The notes: generated from the letters alone by a model not told the origin. DNA of 64,000 bases from Dehalococcoidia bacterium (GCA_965201145.1 CBDAVT010000002.1:2203380-2267379); one strand, 5' to 3'; shown: positions 37,909 through 47,779, counted from the stretch's first letter. Numbers and translations: made by a program.

Positions 37909-39041
37909 ACCGCCAATCCACAACGTTCCAGGGACATATCGAGATACTCTCGCGAAATGTCAATGCCAACCGATTTACGGTCGAGCTGATTCGCAACGTA
38001 CAGGGTAGTTCCAGTACCTGCAAAGGGGTCTAAGACAACTCCTCCCAGAGGGCAAGTAGCCAATATTGGTATCAGACAGAGATCAACCGGATACGGGGCG
38101 AAATGCAGTTTCCGGTCTTGGGTATCTTCGGGAATTATGTCCCACACATCGGCCGGCTTTGCTCCTTTGGGATGGTATTGCAGAAAGTAGAACCCTTTAT
38201 CTTTTAGCTCCTTGGCGCGTCCTGACAACTTGCTGCTGTCTGAATGGGTAGTCCGCTGCTGGCCGCGTATAATCATTCTAAAGTCGGCCAACTGACCTTC
38301 GGCTACCGCAGTAAGCATTTTGTCGAGCCCTCGGAAAGCAGCGTCCTTTTCGCTGGCGCTAAGCGCTGTAGAAAGCTCAATCTGACGACGGTATCTCACC
38401 CCTGAAACACCGGTGGCTGAAACTACAGCGCCATTTACAACTTTGCTCTTTTGCGGATTTGCTCTGATTGCATCGACATCGTAATAATACTTTGGCTGCT
38501 TCACAAAGTGAAATATATTCTCGTGGACGTTGCCCAGTCGGTCTTTGGTTGTATCCCTCCCTCCCTTTACTTTGTTCCAAATCACGCTGTTCCTGAGTAT
38601 CCATCCCTGGTTATCGGTCAATTCGAAGGCGACACGCCACGGGATGCCCATCAACTGCTTGGAATGGTATGAATCGCCTAGGTTCAGCCAGAATGACCCT
38701 TTTGGCTTCAATATTCGTTTCAATTCAATAAAGACCGCTGCCAGGTTGCTTACATAGTCGTTATAGTCCGGCTCCAGCCCGATGCCGCCATCGGAATATT
38801 CGCGCTTGTTCCAGTAAGGCGGCGAGGTTACAGCGCAATCCACGGATTCATTCGGTAAATGCGCCAGCACTTCGGAGGTGTTTCCCAGAAGCGTCAACGG
38901 GAGAGTAGAGGGGCCTTGCAGATATTCCACAAACGCTTCGGCATAGGCGTCAGTTACTACCCTTGGCGCACAGTCCTTTGGACCTTGCGCTGTAGGGTGA
39001 AATGACATCTGAAAACCGCAGCCATCGGGTTTCATCGTCAA
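37905..39041 (-). CDS. DNA methyltransferase, beta class (SPPY motif; N4-C or N6-A)
   Basis: 378-aa ORF. Motif IV DCAVTSPPYW precedes motif I VLDPFAGTGTT. GAGGAG RBS. AT-richer than its flanks (28/60 G+C at 38401-38460). Confidence 0.85.
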   Translation of the reverse strand: MTMKPDGCGFQMSFHPTAQGPKDCAPRVVTDAYAEAFVEYLQGPSTLPLTLLGNTSEVLAHLPNESVDCAVTSPPYWNKREYSDGGIGLEPDYNDYVSNLAAVFIELKRILKPKGSFWLNLGDSYHSKQLMGIPWRVAFELTDNQGWILRNSVIWNKVKGGRDTTKDRLGNVHENIFHFVKQPKYYYDVDAIRANPQKSKVVNGAVVSATGVSGVRYRRQIELSTALSASEKDAAFRGLDKMLTAVAEGQLADFRMIIRGQQRTTHSDSSKLSGRAKELKDKGFYFLQYHPKGAKPADVWDIIPEDTQDRKLHFAPYPVDLCLIPILATCPLGGVVLDPFAGTGTTLYVANQLDRKSVGIDISREYLDMSLERCGLAV

Positions 39042-39104
39042 GGCTCCTCTGCTGGTTCGGGTTCATTAAGGCTTTAGCCAACCGTTTTGGTTCGAGCCAC
39101 CCCC

Positions 39105-41234
39105 TCACTTTATATTCACCACGGTGGTCATTCCGTTGGTGTTTTGCAGGCCGCCCAGGGTTTCGGTGTAGGGGAAGGTCAGACGGTCGCTGCGGTAGGT
39201 TTCCACGGTGGGCGTGGTGAACAGGGTAATATAGGGCAGTTCTTCCGCCAGAAATTCCTGCATCTTGAAGACCTGCTGCTGCGCTCGGACCACATCCGTT
39301 TCCGCCACCAATTCATCGGCCAGACGGTCAAACTCCGGGTTGCTGTACCCGCCGGCGTTGAACCCTTCCAGGGATGAGTGGCGGCTGTGAAAGAAGTTCT
39401 CCAGATAGTCGGGGAAGAGGGTCAAACTCCAACCCAGAAGCCACAGGTCAAAGTCCTGCTGGTCAAAGACCTTCTCCACAATCAGGTTAAAGCCGGTCAG
39501 GTCGGCCTGCAAGGGTATGCCCACCTCGTTGAGCCAGCGTTCAATCCAGATAGCGAAGGTGGAGCGCAAGGGATCATACCCCGGACTGGGCGCCAGGACC
39601 GTCATCGCCGGTATGGGGTCTCCGTTGGGCAGCTTTAACCCTTCACCCTTTTGTTCGACAAAACGGCCGTCCTCGCTGACTCGGGGCTCGGTTTCCCAGG
39701 TGAAGCCGGCCTCCTTGAGGAGCGCAACCGCCTGTTCCACCCGCTGGGCCCGGGTTAGCCCCTGGCCGTAGGTCGGCACATCCGGGTTATACCAGGCGGC
39801 GTTGCCTTCAGGCACCATGGCATATACCGGAATCGCCACCCCTTGCAGCACCGTATCGGTCAGAAACTCCTTGTCAATCAGGATGGCTACGGCCTGGCGG
39901 AAAGCCTTGTCATCCAGGGGCGCGCGCCGGGTGTTGAAGCCCATGTAGCGGACGCCGGAGGAGGCGTTTTCGATAGTGGTCAGCCCCGCTTCGCCGACTA
40001 GCTGTTCCTGCAACCCCTTGGAAAGGCCCAGCGGATTCAACATAAAGTCGATGTCGCCTTTTCTGAGGGCCAGCACCGAGGCATCCTGACTGCCGTAGAT
40101 AGAGTAGATGATACTGTCAGCGTAAGGCCCCACGGTATATTCCAGAGACTTCTCCCCGGTTGGGGCGCCAAAAGCGCTGAACTCGAATACCCCCGGCTTG
40201 GCCTCGGCGTAGGCTCCGTTAGTGTATTCGGTCACGGTGCTGCCGGTGAAATAGAAGTCCGCGTTGCGGGTCTTTTCGGCAAAAGCGCCGCGTTCCCATT
40301 TGGCGAAGCTGTGGCCGCCGGCGACGGGCTCACCCTCGGGGACGTGGGCGTAAAGGACCTTTTGCTGCTCGGTAAGCTCTCCGGCCCCTTTGGCTTCGGC
40401 TACCACCGGTCCCCAGTAGGCTTGGGAAAAGATGGGCATAAAGGCCAGGCCGAACTGCCAGCGAGCCAGACCAGGCTTCTGCTTGAAGTAGATTTTGAGC
40501 CGATACGAGTCCAGCGCCTCGGCATGGTCGAAGTAGTCCTGGTCAACGATGGAAGGCCAGTTGCCGGTAAGCCGCAGGTCGGTAACGGTGGTGGCGGTAA
40601 AGACAAAATCTTCGGCAGTTACATCATTGCCGTCGCTCCATTTAACTCCCGGCTTCAACGGCACTTCGGTAGTCCAAAGGGTTTGTCCGGCAACCGTCTC
40701 CTCTTGCAGCGGCGTGGGAAAGTCGGCAGCCAGCGCGGGAATCCAGTCGAACCGCTGGTCGGAATAGGTATAGAGAGAAAGCTTGCCGCCTCCCAGCACA
40801 TATCGGTTCCAGATGGTGCCGTCGGGCCCGAGGTAAGCCCAGAAATTGTCGGTGGTCAAATCCTCGGAAATGCCAAGCTGATACACCTTTTCTTCGGCAT
40901 CGCCGGTTCCGGTTTCCGGGCCGGTCGGAACCGGGGTGGGATGGGACGGAGCCAGGGTTGGCGCCGCAGCTGGCCCGGCGGCGGAAGTATCGGCAGCGGT
41001 GGTTTGAGGTGTAGCCTGCGGTGGAGGAACGGCAACGGCAGTCTGCGGCGTAGCCCGGGGCGCCGCCGAAGCACTGGCGTCCGCTGCGGCCGGCCCGGGG
41101 GTGGGAGTTACCACCACTTCCACTTCCCGGACGACCTCCACCTGCCGCGTGCAGGCAAGCAGGGCTGCCAGAACCAGCAGCAAGGTCAGAATGGAAACCG
41201 GTCGAGCCAGACAGGTCATTGTCAGCACCCCCAC
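39105..41234 (-). CDS. ABC transporter substrate-binding protein, family 5 (peptide/nickel)
   Basis: 709-aa ORF with signal/lipobox LLACT, a long PT/A-rich linker and an SBP_bac_5-like body. First gene of the operon continued at 37140. Confidence 0.85.
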   Translation of the reverse strand: MGVLTMTCLARPVSILTLLLVLAALLACTRQVEVVREVEVVVTPTPGPAAADASASAAPRATPQTAVAVPPPQATPQTTAADTSAAGPAAAPTLAPSHPTPVPTGPETGTGDAEEKVYQLGISEDLTTDNFWAYLGPDGTIWNRYVLGGGKLSLYTYSDQRFDWIPALAADFPTPLQEETVAGQTLWTTEVPLKPGVKWSDGNDVTAEDFVFTATTVTDLRLTGNWPSIVDQDYFDHAEALDSYRLKIYFKQKPGLARWQFGLAFMPIFSQAYWGPVVAEAKGAGELTEQQKVLYAHVPEGEPVAGGHSFAKWERGAFAEKTRNADFYFTGSTVTEYTNGAYAEAKPGVFEFSAFGAPTGEKSLEYTVGPYADSIIYSIYGSQDASVLALRKGDIDFMLNPLGLSKGLQEQLVGEAGLTTIENASSGVRYMGFNTRRAPLDDKAFRQAVAILIDKEFLTDTVLQGVAIPVYAMVPEGNAAWYNPDVPTYGQGLTRAQRVEQAVALLKEAGFTWETEPRVSEDGRFVEQKGEGLKLPNGDPIPAMTVLAPSPGYDPLRSTFAIWIERWLNEVGIPLQADLTGFNLIVEKVFDQQDFDLWLLGWSLTLFPDYLENFFHSRHSSLEGFNAGGYSNPEFDRLADELVAETDVVRAQQQVFKMQEFLAEELPYITLFTTPTVETYRSDRLTFPYTETLGGLQNTNGMTTVVNIK

Positions 41235-41453
41235 AAATCAGGAAACTTGTACCCTTTGGAAAAATATCGAGAATGGGCCGATGGAAGACCGAAAGGGGCA
41301 TCGTTGGTAAAAGAGACCATCCGCCGTTCCATTCTGCCCAAAGCCCCGTTCGGACCGGAAAAGATGCTGTCCGGAAGCAGGCAATGACGAAAAGCATTGC
41401 TCGTAAAGCTTACCAGCAGGTTCAAGCCTTGTCTAGCAAGACGGGGAAGGGGT

Positions 41454-41636
41454 CAGGGCTATCGCATATGGATTTTAAGAGGCCAATTGACGGGTAAATC
41501 TCAGTTTTTAACTGCTAAATTTGGGTAATTTAAGACTTAAACCGTTGGTTTTGATGTTGATTACCCAGTAAAGCGCCGCCAAAACATCGGAAAGTTCCGT
41601 TTTGATCCTGAAAATTTTTCATATGCGATAGCCCTG
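41454..41636 (-). mobile_element. 183-bp MITE-like element, copy 3 (variant B, inverted)
   Basis: Same TIRs. 10-bp TSD GGGAAGGGGT (41444-41453 and 41637-41646). Lies about 220 nt upstream of the SBP start. Confidence 0.9.
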
Positions 41637-41800
41637 GGGAAGGGGTCTGATAACCAGGTTCCCATTATTTTTAAGTCGTATCTCTGAAAAGAGGGGAAAC
41701 AGCGTGGAAAGGTGTTACTGAATGGTTGGCAATGAGATAAAGGAGTGGGGCCGACTCCCAGTCGGCCCCACAAAATTGGCTTGCCGGTAGAGAATCGGGA

Positions 41801-43072
41801 CTAGATGTAGTCCTCTTCCTCCATCATGCCCATGTTGTCCCGGCTCTGGGACAGGCCGCGAGCCATCTCGGCGCGGAATTCCTCGATCATGTCGTCAGTA
41901 ATGTTTCCGCCGTTGGAAAGGGCCTTTTCCTTGAACTGGAGGAACGCCCATTCTTCGGTGTCGCCCTGCGGCATATTGAAGAACCCGGCATCGAAGACCG
42001 GCATTTCGCCGGGGCCGAAGTAGCCCTTCCCTTCCAGAGTGTAGCCTTCCAGGTCGTGGGTGCCCTTGCCCAGCACCTGACCGGTCTCGGCATAGTGCTC
42101 CATGACATTCTGGAGACCGTACTTCTGGATGGGGCAAACCTTCATGCAGATGCCGCAGCCGAGGTAGCGGGCCATGACCGGGCGGCAGCGCTTGAAGTAG
42201 AGCTTGTTCTTCTCGATCCCGCGCCACCAAATCTTGTCGCGCATGAGGGCGCGGCCGGGGCAGCGGTTTACGCAGACCTGGCAAACCTGGCAGAAGGCGT
42301 GGATGCCGTAGTCCACCGGCGAGTCATAGGTGACATTGGCGTCGGTGGTAATCATCATCAAGCGGCAGCGGGAGCCAACGTGGGGGGTCAGCAGGTAACC
42401 GCAAGCGCCCAACTGACCGAGACCGGCAGACACGAACATGGGGATGTAAGGGCCGGTATTGTCATTGGGACTGTGCACCTGGGCGCGATAGCCGAGGCTG
42501 CGGATGTAGTTGCCCAGTTCCAAGCCGGCGGCGCCTTCCGTCCGATAGGTGCTGGAGTGGACAATCTCGGCGTCAACGCTGGGGATGGTCTGAGTCGGCT
42601 CGAAGTCCTGTTCGTAAGCCAAGCAGATGACGTGAGGGAACTTTACCCAGTCTTTCTTGCTCTGGTAGGTGTAGTGGGTGTCATAGGCGGTAATGCCGAC
42701 TTCCACGTAGCCCAATTCCCGGGCTTTGCTCTTGATCAGCTCGCTGACATCCTCGCCGGTAGGTTCGACGGTGGGCTCCAGGTCGCCGGTCAGTCGGGCG
42801 CCCATAATCAGGGAGCGATTGAGTTTGTCATGTTCCTTGCGGATTTCGCGCATTTCGACGTGCTGGTCGCGGATGGCGTTGGCCCAGTCGCGGGAAGCGC
42901 GCTCGGTGATGTTCATGGTCTCCACGGGATATTCCCGGGCGTACCAGTCAACTTCGCGCTGAATCTTGGGAATACCGGGCACCGTCTCCAGCTCTTCAGG
43001 CACCGGGATGGTTACCGGGGCATCGCCCATATTCTTGCCGGGTCGAACAACCTCATGTCCGATTCTGAGCAT
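41801..43072 (-). CDS. reductive dehalogenase/QueG-family 4Fe-4S protein (no signal peptide)
   Basis: 423-aa ORF with CQVCQVCVNRCP and C-x10-CGICMKVCP ferredoxin-type motifs after an RdhA/QueG-like core. No TAT or Sec signal is visible. Confidence 0.55.
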   Translation of the reverse strand: MLRIGHEVVRPGKNMGDAPVTIPVPEELETVPGIPKIQREVDWYAREYPVETMNITERASRDWANAIRDQHVEMREIRKEHDKLNRSLIMGARLTGDLEPTVEPTGEDVSELIKSKARELGYVEVGITAYDTHYTYQSKKDWVKFPHVICLAYEQDFEPTQTIPSVDAEIVHSSTYRTEGAAGLELGNYIRSLGYRAQVHSPNDNTGPYIPMFVSAGLGQLGACGYLLTPHVGSRCRLMMITTDANVTYDSPVDYGIHAFCQVCQVCVNRCPGRALMRDKIWWRGIEKNKLYFKRCRPVMARYLGCGICMKVCPIQKYGLQNVMEHYAETGQVLGKGTHDLEGYTLEGKGYFGPGEMPVFDAGFFNMPQGDTEEWAFLQFKEKALSNGGNITDDMIEEFRAEMARGLSQSRDNMGMMEEEDYI

Positions 43073-43276
43073 AGCTTCTCCTCCCTATTGATCATCTCGA
43101 ACCGTAGGATCAAGTCTTGCGCCTAACAATAAACCTTGCATTTTTATTTGTCAATACTATGGGGCAAAGGTTTTTGTATTCCTTTTTACGATAATAAATA
43201 ATAAACCGGAATCGCCAGACCGGACAAGGTGTTTGACGATTGCTGGAAGGCGGTGAGAAATTTTGGTGGGGCCCGC

Positions 43277-43792
43277 CTATTCGCCGACCCGGAGCGGCAG
43301 CGCTTCCCGGAGGACCGTCAGCGTCCCTTTTAGCTCGGACACTTCCCGGGAAATTTCGTCAACCCGGACCTGTAAGGCGTCGATACGGCGGTTCGTTTCA
43401 TCAATGCGGCGGTTCGTTAGGTCAATACGTTGATTTACATAGTCAAACCGCAGGTTCAGATCATCAATGCGCTGATTAACGGCGGCAAAACCATCGGTCA
43501 TCCGCACTTCCAAATCGTCGATGCGCTGATCTATCCGAGCTTCCAAATCATCGACCCGCTGATTGACCGCGGCAAAGCCCTGATCCATCCGAGCTTCCAA
43601 ATCATCGACCCGCTGATTGACCGCGGCAAAGCCCTGATCCATCCGGGATCCTAAATCATCGACCCGCTGATCCATCCGGGTTTCCAGGTCATTGGCCCGC
43701 CGGTTTTGCATTCGGGCTACGGCCAGAATTAAGGTGGCGAGCCCCACTCCCACCCCGATAATGGCGATTATAACTGCGATTTCACCGGACAT
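43277..43792 (-). CDS. N-terminally membrane-anchored coiled-coil protein with hendecad-type repeats
   Basis: 171-aa ORF. TM helix IAVIIAIIGVGVGLATLILAV followed by repeats R(M/I)DQ....NQR(V/I)DDLE. Confidence 0.6.
   Translation of the reverse strand: MSGEIAVIIAIIGVGVGLATLILAVARMQNRRANDLETRMDQRVDDLGSRMDQGFAAVNQRVDDLEARMDQGFAAVNQRVDDLEARIDQRIDDLEVRMTDGFAAVNQRIDDLNLRFDYVNQRIDLTNRRIDETNRRIDALQVRVDEISREVSELKGTLTVLREALPLRVGE
43533..43640. repeat. 54-bp coding tandem repeat (2 exact units plus degenerate flanks)
   Basis: ATCCGAGCTTCCAAATCATCGACCCGCTGATTGACCGCGGCAAAGCCCTGATCC occurs at 43533 and again at 43587. Confidence 0.85.
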
Positions 43793-44041
43793 TGTGCGAA
43801 CAGTCCTAAAAAATTACCTGGACAGAAGGTAGTATAAAGCAAGCGCAGCTTGATTGGAATAGCCTTGCTGAATGATATTGTTAACTTAAAGTGGAGGTAG
43901 CTATATAATTGTTGCCAGCTAATATTTCGGAGGGCGGCGCCTGGCCCTGGGGCCCGAGCCGCGCCCCCGCCTTTATGACCGGCGGCCCTATCCCTGGCTT
44001 GGCCCCGCGCCTACGGGGGAGGCTTGGGACCCGCTCCCAGA

Positions 44042-46786
44042 CTACTCCGACAGCCCGGCATACCTCTGGCCGGTAACCGACGGCTCCCGGGACAAGTCCC
44101 GGCGGATAGCGGCAACGGTTTCCTCCTCTACTCCCAAAGCTGCGCATACCGCCGAATTCAAAGCCTGTCGCACCGGGTCGTTGTTCATCTGCGGCAGGGG
44201 CAGCATAACTGAGTTGGCATATCGATCATAGGCTGCGGCCAGGGTGGACACCACTTCTTCGCCGATGGCGGAGAAGTGGGGAACTAGTAATTTGCGCAGA
44301 TCATCAATGGAGAAACGAGGATAAGACGGTACTCGATTTGAGCGATTGCCCAGCATAACAAGTACACCGATAGATGAGTTCAGGAAAGTGCAAATAGCTT
44401 TTTCCAGCCGCTCTTTCTCCGGTTCGACTGCCGTCAAGTTGCAAGGTGACCAGGATGATCCTACCACTGGAGTATCCAGTCTGACTGCCAAAGCTTTAAC
44501 TGTATTGAGGCGCATCCGGTTCGGTAACAGAAATTTGCTACGCTGCTGCCAATATTTGGACGCCAAATGTTCTTTCTTTGGTTTAGTCGCAAGGTTGGTA
44601 TCAGGCAAAGCTACCATGCTTTGGGTAACTTCCGTCTGGTGTTCCCACAAAGCAACCCTGGACTCGCCACTCGGCATTGGGGATTTTATGAAAGCATCCC
44701 GAATTCTCCGACCTTCCGGTCCAACGTCTGAAATCTCGCCAAGAGCGACTACCTGGAACAGTTTATTGTTTCTCAAAGCGAGAAAACTGCTGCAAAGATA
44801 GGGAGAAAGAAACTGGACTCCACCCCAATCACCGGCCCCAATCAAGTGTTCGGGCCACTCCTGGACCGTGCCGTAACCCTGTGTTTCAACGGTTCCATTC
44901 AGAATTGCCCGGGCGACATTCAGAGAATTGGCGGGAGCAGCCGGGTTGAGCGCCAGATTTATCACTCGGGTCGGCGGCTTCGGTCCTTTGGCCGCGTTCC
45001 AGCGCCGGCAAACCAGGAGCATTTCCCCAATGGTGGTGTTTTCGGAGAAATAGATACGTTCCGGGTCGTGGGAAGCTACGATAAATTCGACGTGAAACTT
45101 GCTGGCTAGATAACACCTCATTTGACTTCCTGAAACATCTGTAGCAGCTATCATCGGTAAGACCGTAGCAATTACACCTTCATCGGTCTTGCAAATATAT
45201 TCCGCTAGGAACAGGAACGCACCACTGTTGCCGGCCATATACGTGGGTTTATTGTAAAACAGGTCCTTTTCCCGGTCTTTGATTCTCTTTTCGTCCGCGG
45301 GGCTGAATTGGTCGTGACGCAGGCTGTCCCGGGTAAAGGGCGGGTTCATAATCACCAAATCGGCCGGTTCGGCCTGGGACATTTCCTCACCGCTGTCCAC
45401 CTGACTCACCGCTTGGGTGGCATTAGGCCAGGGCATCAGCCGGGGCTGCTGGTCCAGAAATTCTAGCGAACCGAGATATGCCTTCCGGTTCTGGCCCACG
45501 CCAAGAAAGGCGCGGCCAATTTTCATATTGCGGAAACGGGTAGCCGGGGATAATAGCCCCAAGGTGGTAGCCGCCATGTGGGTGGCAGTCAAATTCACGT
45601 CATAGCCGGTCAGCACCCGTTCAATCAATGCGGCGGCCAGATTTCCGTCGTCCCGCGCCTGGGGCGCCAAGTCCCGGATACGCTCGGCCGCAGCCATCAG
45701 CAGCGTTCCGGTGCCGCAGGCCGGGTCGGTAATCCTCAATTTGGCAATGGCCTCAGAATCTTGCCAGTCGCACATAGTTTCAGTGATGGCTAAAGCGGCC
45801 AGCAGGGTTGCCGCCGGGGTAGTAGTGTAAAAGGAGCCATCGTAACGGGCGGTATCCAGGACGGTATGAAATACGGGCCCCAGCAAGTCGTGGCGCAGAC
45901 TGGCGATGTTGCCCGATACGGCCAGGGCCGCCGCGGCCGTATCCCGAAGGGCGGCGGTAAAAGCGGAGTCTTGCGGGCAGGACAGGAGCGCTGCCCGGCC
46001 CGTCTCAAATATCGGCTTGTAATCCAGCGCGAGAATCAGGTCCCAGGCAGCGTTGAAAGCGCCTACCGGATCATCGGCGGCGGCGCACTGCTGCGCCAGA
46101 TCCGGCGGCCAGGGTCCGGAGAAGGGCGCGTTGGTTCGATTGTCCACCTCAGGGCGCAGGTCGTTTCGGTGGGCGTCCAGCCGGGAATGGAACATGACGG
46201 CGGTGGCGACTACCAGCAAGGCTCGTTTGGCTGGCGCATCCCAGGGATTTCGAACCACCCGACCTTTCCTGGTCTGGCGGGGCAAGTCCAGAGCCCGGGC
46301 AAAAGCTTCCTTCTGCGCTTCGCTTAACCGGATTACCGCTCCGTCCAGGCTGCTGGACCGGGCCGCCGCCGTGGCATCCGGGTCGCCCAGTTGAGCCGGC
46401 GTCAGCCGAATGACCGATACCAGCCCCCGGATGTCGCCCTCTACCCATTCCGCCGCCGCCCCTTTGCCGTCCCGAACCGTCCAGACTAATTGAGCATTGG
46501 GCAGAGATTCCCTGGTGGTATCGTCGGGATAGCAGACGGCAACGGCGCATTGAGCCAATCCTTGCTTCAATCGGGCGTCGGCATCTTCGACAGCTTCCCG
46601 ACGTTTAGCCGTACTTTGTCCGTGTTCCGCTTCTACGGCAATGACGGCCGGCCCGATGCGTACTTCCACATCCATCCGGAGGTTGCCTGGATAGATAACC
46701 TCCGGTTTTGCGGCAAGGCCGTACTTCTGACTAAACTCGTCAGCCAACTGGATGTTCAGAACGGATTCCCATTGCCTGGTAGTCAT
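44042..46786 (-). CDS. 914-aa N6-adenine DNA methyltransferase-domain protein with long N- and C-terminal extensions (type IIG/IIL-like candidate)
   Basis: Motif I ITDPACGTGTLL and motif IV VIMNPPF (gamma-class order). About 330 aa lie upstream and about 400 aa downstream. G+C is mosaic (38/60 at 46201-46260 versus 29/60 at 44581-44640). Confidence 0.65.
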   Translation of the reverse strand: MTTRQWESVLNIQLADEFSQKYGLAAKPEVIYPGNLRMDVEVRIGPAVIAVEAEHGQSTAKRREAVEDADARLKQGLAQCAVAVCYPDDTTRESLPNAQLVWTVRDGKGAAAEWVEGDIRGLVSVIRLTPAQLGDPDATAAARSSSLDGAVIRLSEAQKEAFARALDLPRQTRKGRVVRNPWDAPAKRALLVVATAVMFHSRLDAHRNDLRPEVDNRTNAPFSGPWPPDLAQQCAAADDPVGAFNAAWDLILALDYKPIFETGRAALLSCPQDSAFTAALRDTAAAALAVSGNIASLRHDLLGPVFHTVLDTARYDGSFYTTTPAATLLAALAITETMCDWQDSEAIAKLRITDPACGTGTLLMAAAERIRDLAPQARDDGNLAAALIERVLTGYDVNLTATHMAATTLGLLSPATRFRNMKIGRAFLGVGQNRKAYLGSLEFLDQQPRLMPWPNATQAVSQVDSGEEMSQAEPADLVIMNPPFTRDSLRHDQFSPADEKRIKDREKDLFYNKPTYMAGNSGAFLFLAEYICKTDEGVIATVLPMIAATDVSGSQMRCYLASKFHVEFIVASHDPERIYFSENTTIGEMLLVCRRWNAAKGPKPPTRVINLALNPAAPANSLNVARAILNGTVETQGYGTVQEWPEHLIGAGDWGGVQFLSPYLCSSFLALRNNKLFQVVALGEISDVGPEGRRIRDAFIKSPMPSGESRVALWEHQTEVTQSMVALPDTNLATKPKKEHLASKYWQQRSKFLLPNRMRLNTVKALAVRLDTPVVGSSWSPCNLTAVEPEKERLEKAICTFLNSSIGVLVMLGNRSNRVPSYPRFSIDDLRKLLVPHFSAIGEEVVSTLAAAYDRYANSVMLPLPQMNNDPVRQALNSAVCAALGVEEETVAAIRRDLSREPSVTGQRYAGLSE

Positions 46787-46857
46787 TTCTGCCTTTGCAA
46801 CTGTCAGTTATCGTTTATCTGCCAATTAGCCTTGCCTTAATTGGCAGCGATTACCCC

Positions 46858-47727
46858 CTAATACCCCCGGAAGCTTTCGGTGAATAGCAGCGCATTTTCC
46901 AGGGGGCCGTCTATTTCCAGTTGGGCCGGCGTGTCGCCGCCGCTGCTGAGGTCCAGGCGGCCGTAGATTAGCAGCACGTAGGCGCTGGCGTTGGCCCGGA
47001 AGGCCACGTCGGGCGTGGCGGCCCCGGCCGGTTCAATGCGGAAGCTGTCTCCCTCCAGAACTACATCCTCGGCCAGCGTGGCGGCGCCGGAAACTTCGAA
47101 CCGGAACCGGGCGCGGCTGCCGTCGCCCCGGGGACTGAAGCAGGCATTCAACCAGCGATGGGCCACATTCACAATCAGGGCAGCGGCCGGGTCGGACAAC
47201 TCTGCCGCCGGGTCAAAGGCGGACCGAATGTCCCAGCCGTGGATGGCGATCTCCTGAATGCGCCGGGTTACATTTTCGTGTACCGGCACAACGCCCCGGC
47301 GGTGAAAAGAAGGTTTCTCCCAGTCCGCCTCCTGCAGTTCATTGGCCGTTTGGCACAGGCTGACATGGCCCTCATTTAATGCCGCCAACAGTTCGGCGCC
47401 GTCCCGCCCACCGCGAAAGGTGATGGCCCGGTCCGCCGTCATCTCCGAAGCTCGATCTCCGGCATCCAGAAATCGGGCGCCTTCCGGCGGGTCGCTGAGG
47501 CCCTGTCGGGCGCGGGACAGCGCCGTGGCCGTACCACTGGCGCCCTGAACCAGGTGCGCCACCACATCACCCACCTTCCAGGCGGTGCAGGCGCTGTCCC
47601 GCTCCCACCCGGCGGCATCCAGCCCGGCCAGGAATCGAGCCAATTCCTCGCCCTCGCTCTGGAGAACCTGAATCACATTCGGTCTGGGGGGTATTGTCCT
47701 GGAAACCATATTAACTCCTTGCGTCAT
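46858..47727 (-). CDS. DinB/MDMPI-family (TIGR03083-like) metal-binding protein
   Basis: 289-aa ORF. The N-terminal pattern CTAWKVGDVVAHLV is typical of mycothiol-maleylpyruvate-isomerase N-terminal domains. Confidence 0.6.
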   Translation of the reverse strand: MTQGVNMVSRTIPPRPNVIQVLQSEGEELARFLAGLDAAGWERDSACTAWKVGDVVAHLVQGASGTATALSRARQGLSDPPEGARFLDAGDRASEMTADRAITFRGGRDGAELLAALNEGHVSLCQTANELQEADWEKPSFHRRGVVPVHENVTRRIQEIAIHGWDIRSAFDPAAELSDPAAALIVNVAHRWLNACFSPRGDGSRARFRFEVSGAATLAEDVVLEGDSFRIEPAGAATPDVAFRANASAYVLLIYGRLDLSSGGDTPAQLEIDGPLENALLFTESFRGY

Positions 47728-47779
47728 CCAACGGAAACTGTCAAATATCCGCCAATTCCGGCGGTGGAATCTTAACCGC

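Noticed and set aside
37141-39104. Possible inverted or direct repeats (GGTTCG-containing strings, CCAACCGTTTT / CCAACTGTTT) at the edges of the RM insertion in the ABC operon
   Set aside because: Only 9-10-nt imperfect matches, within chance expectation for 64 kb. No clean TIR or TSD could be defined.
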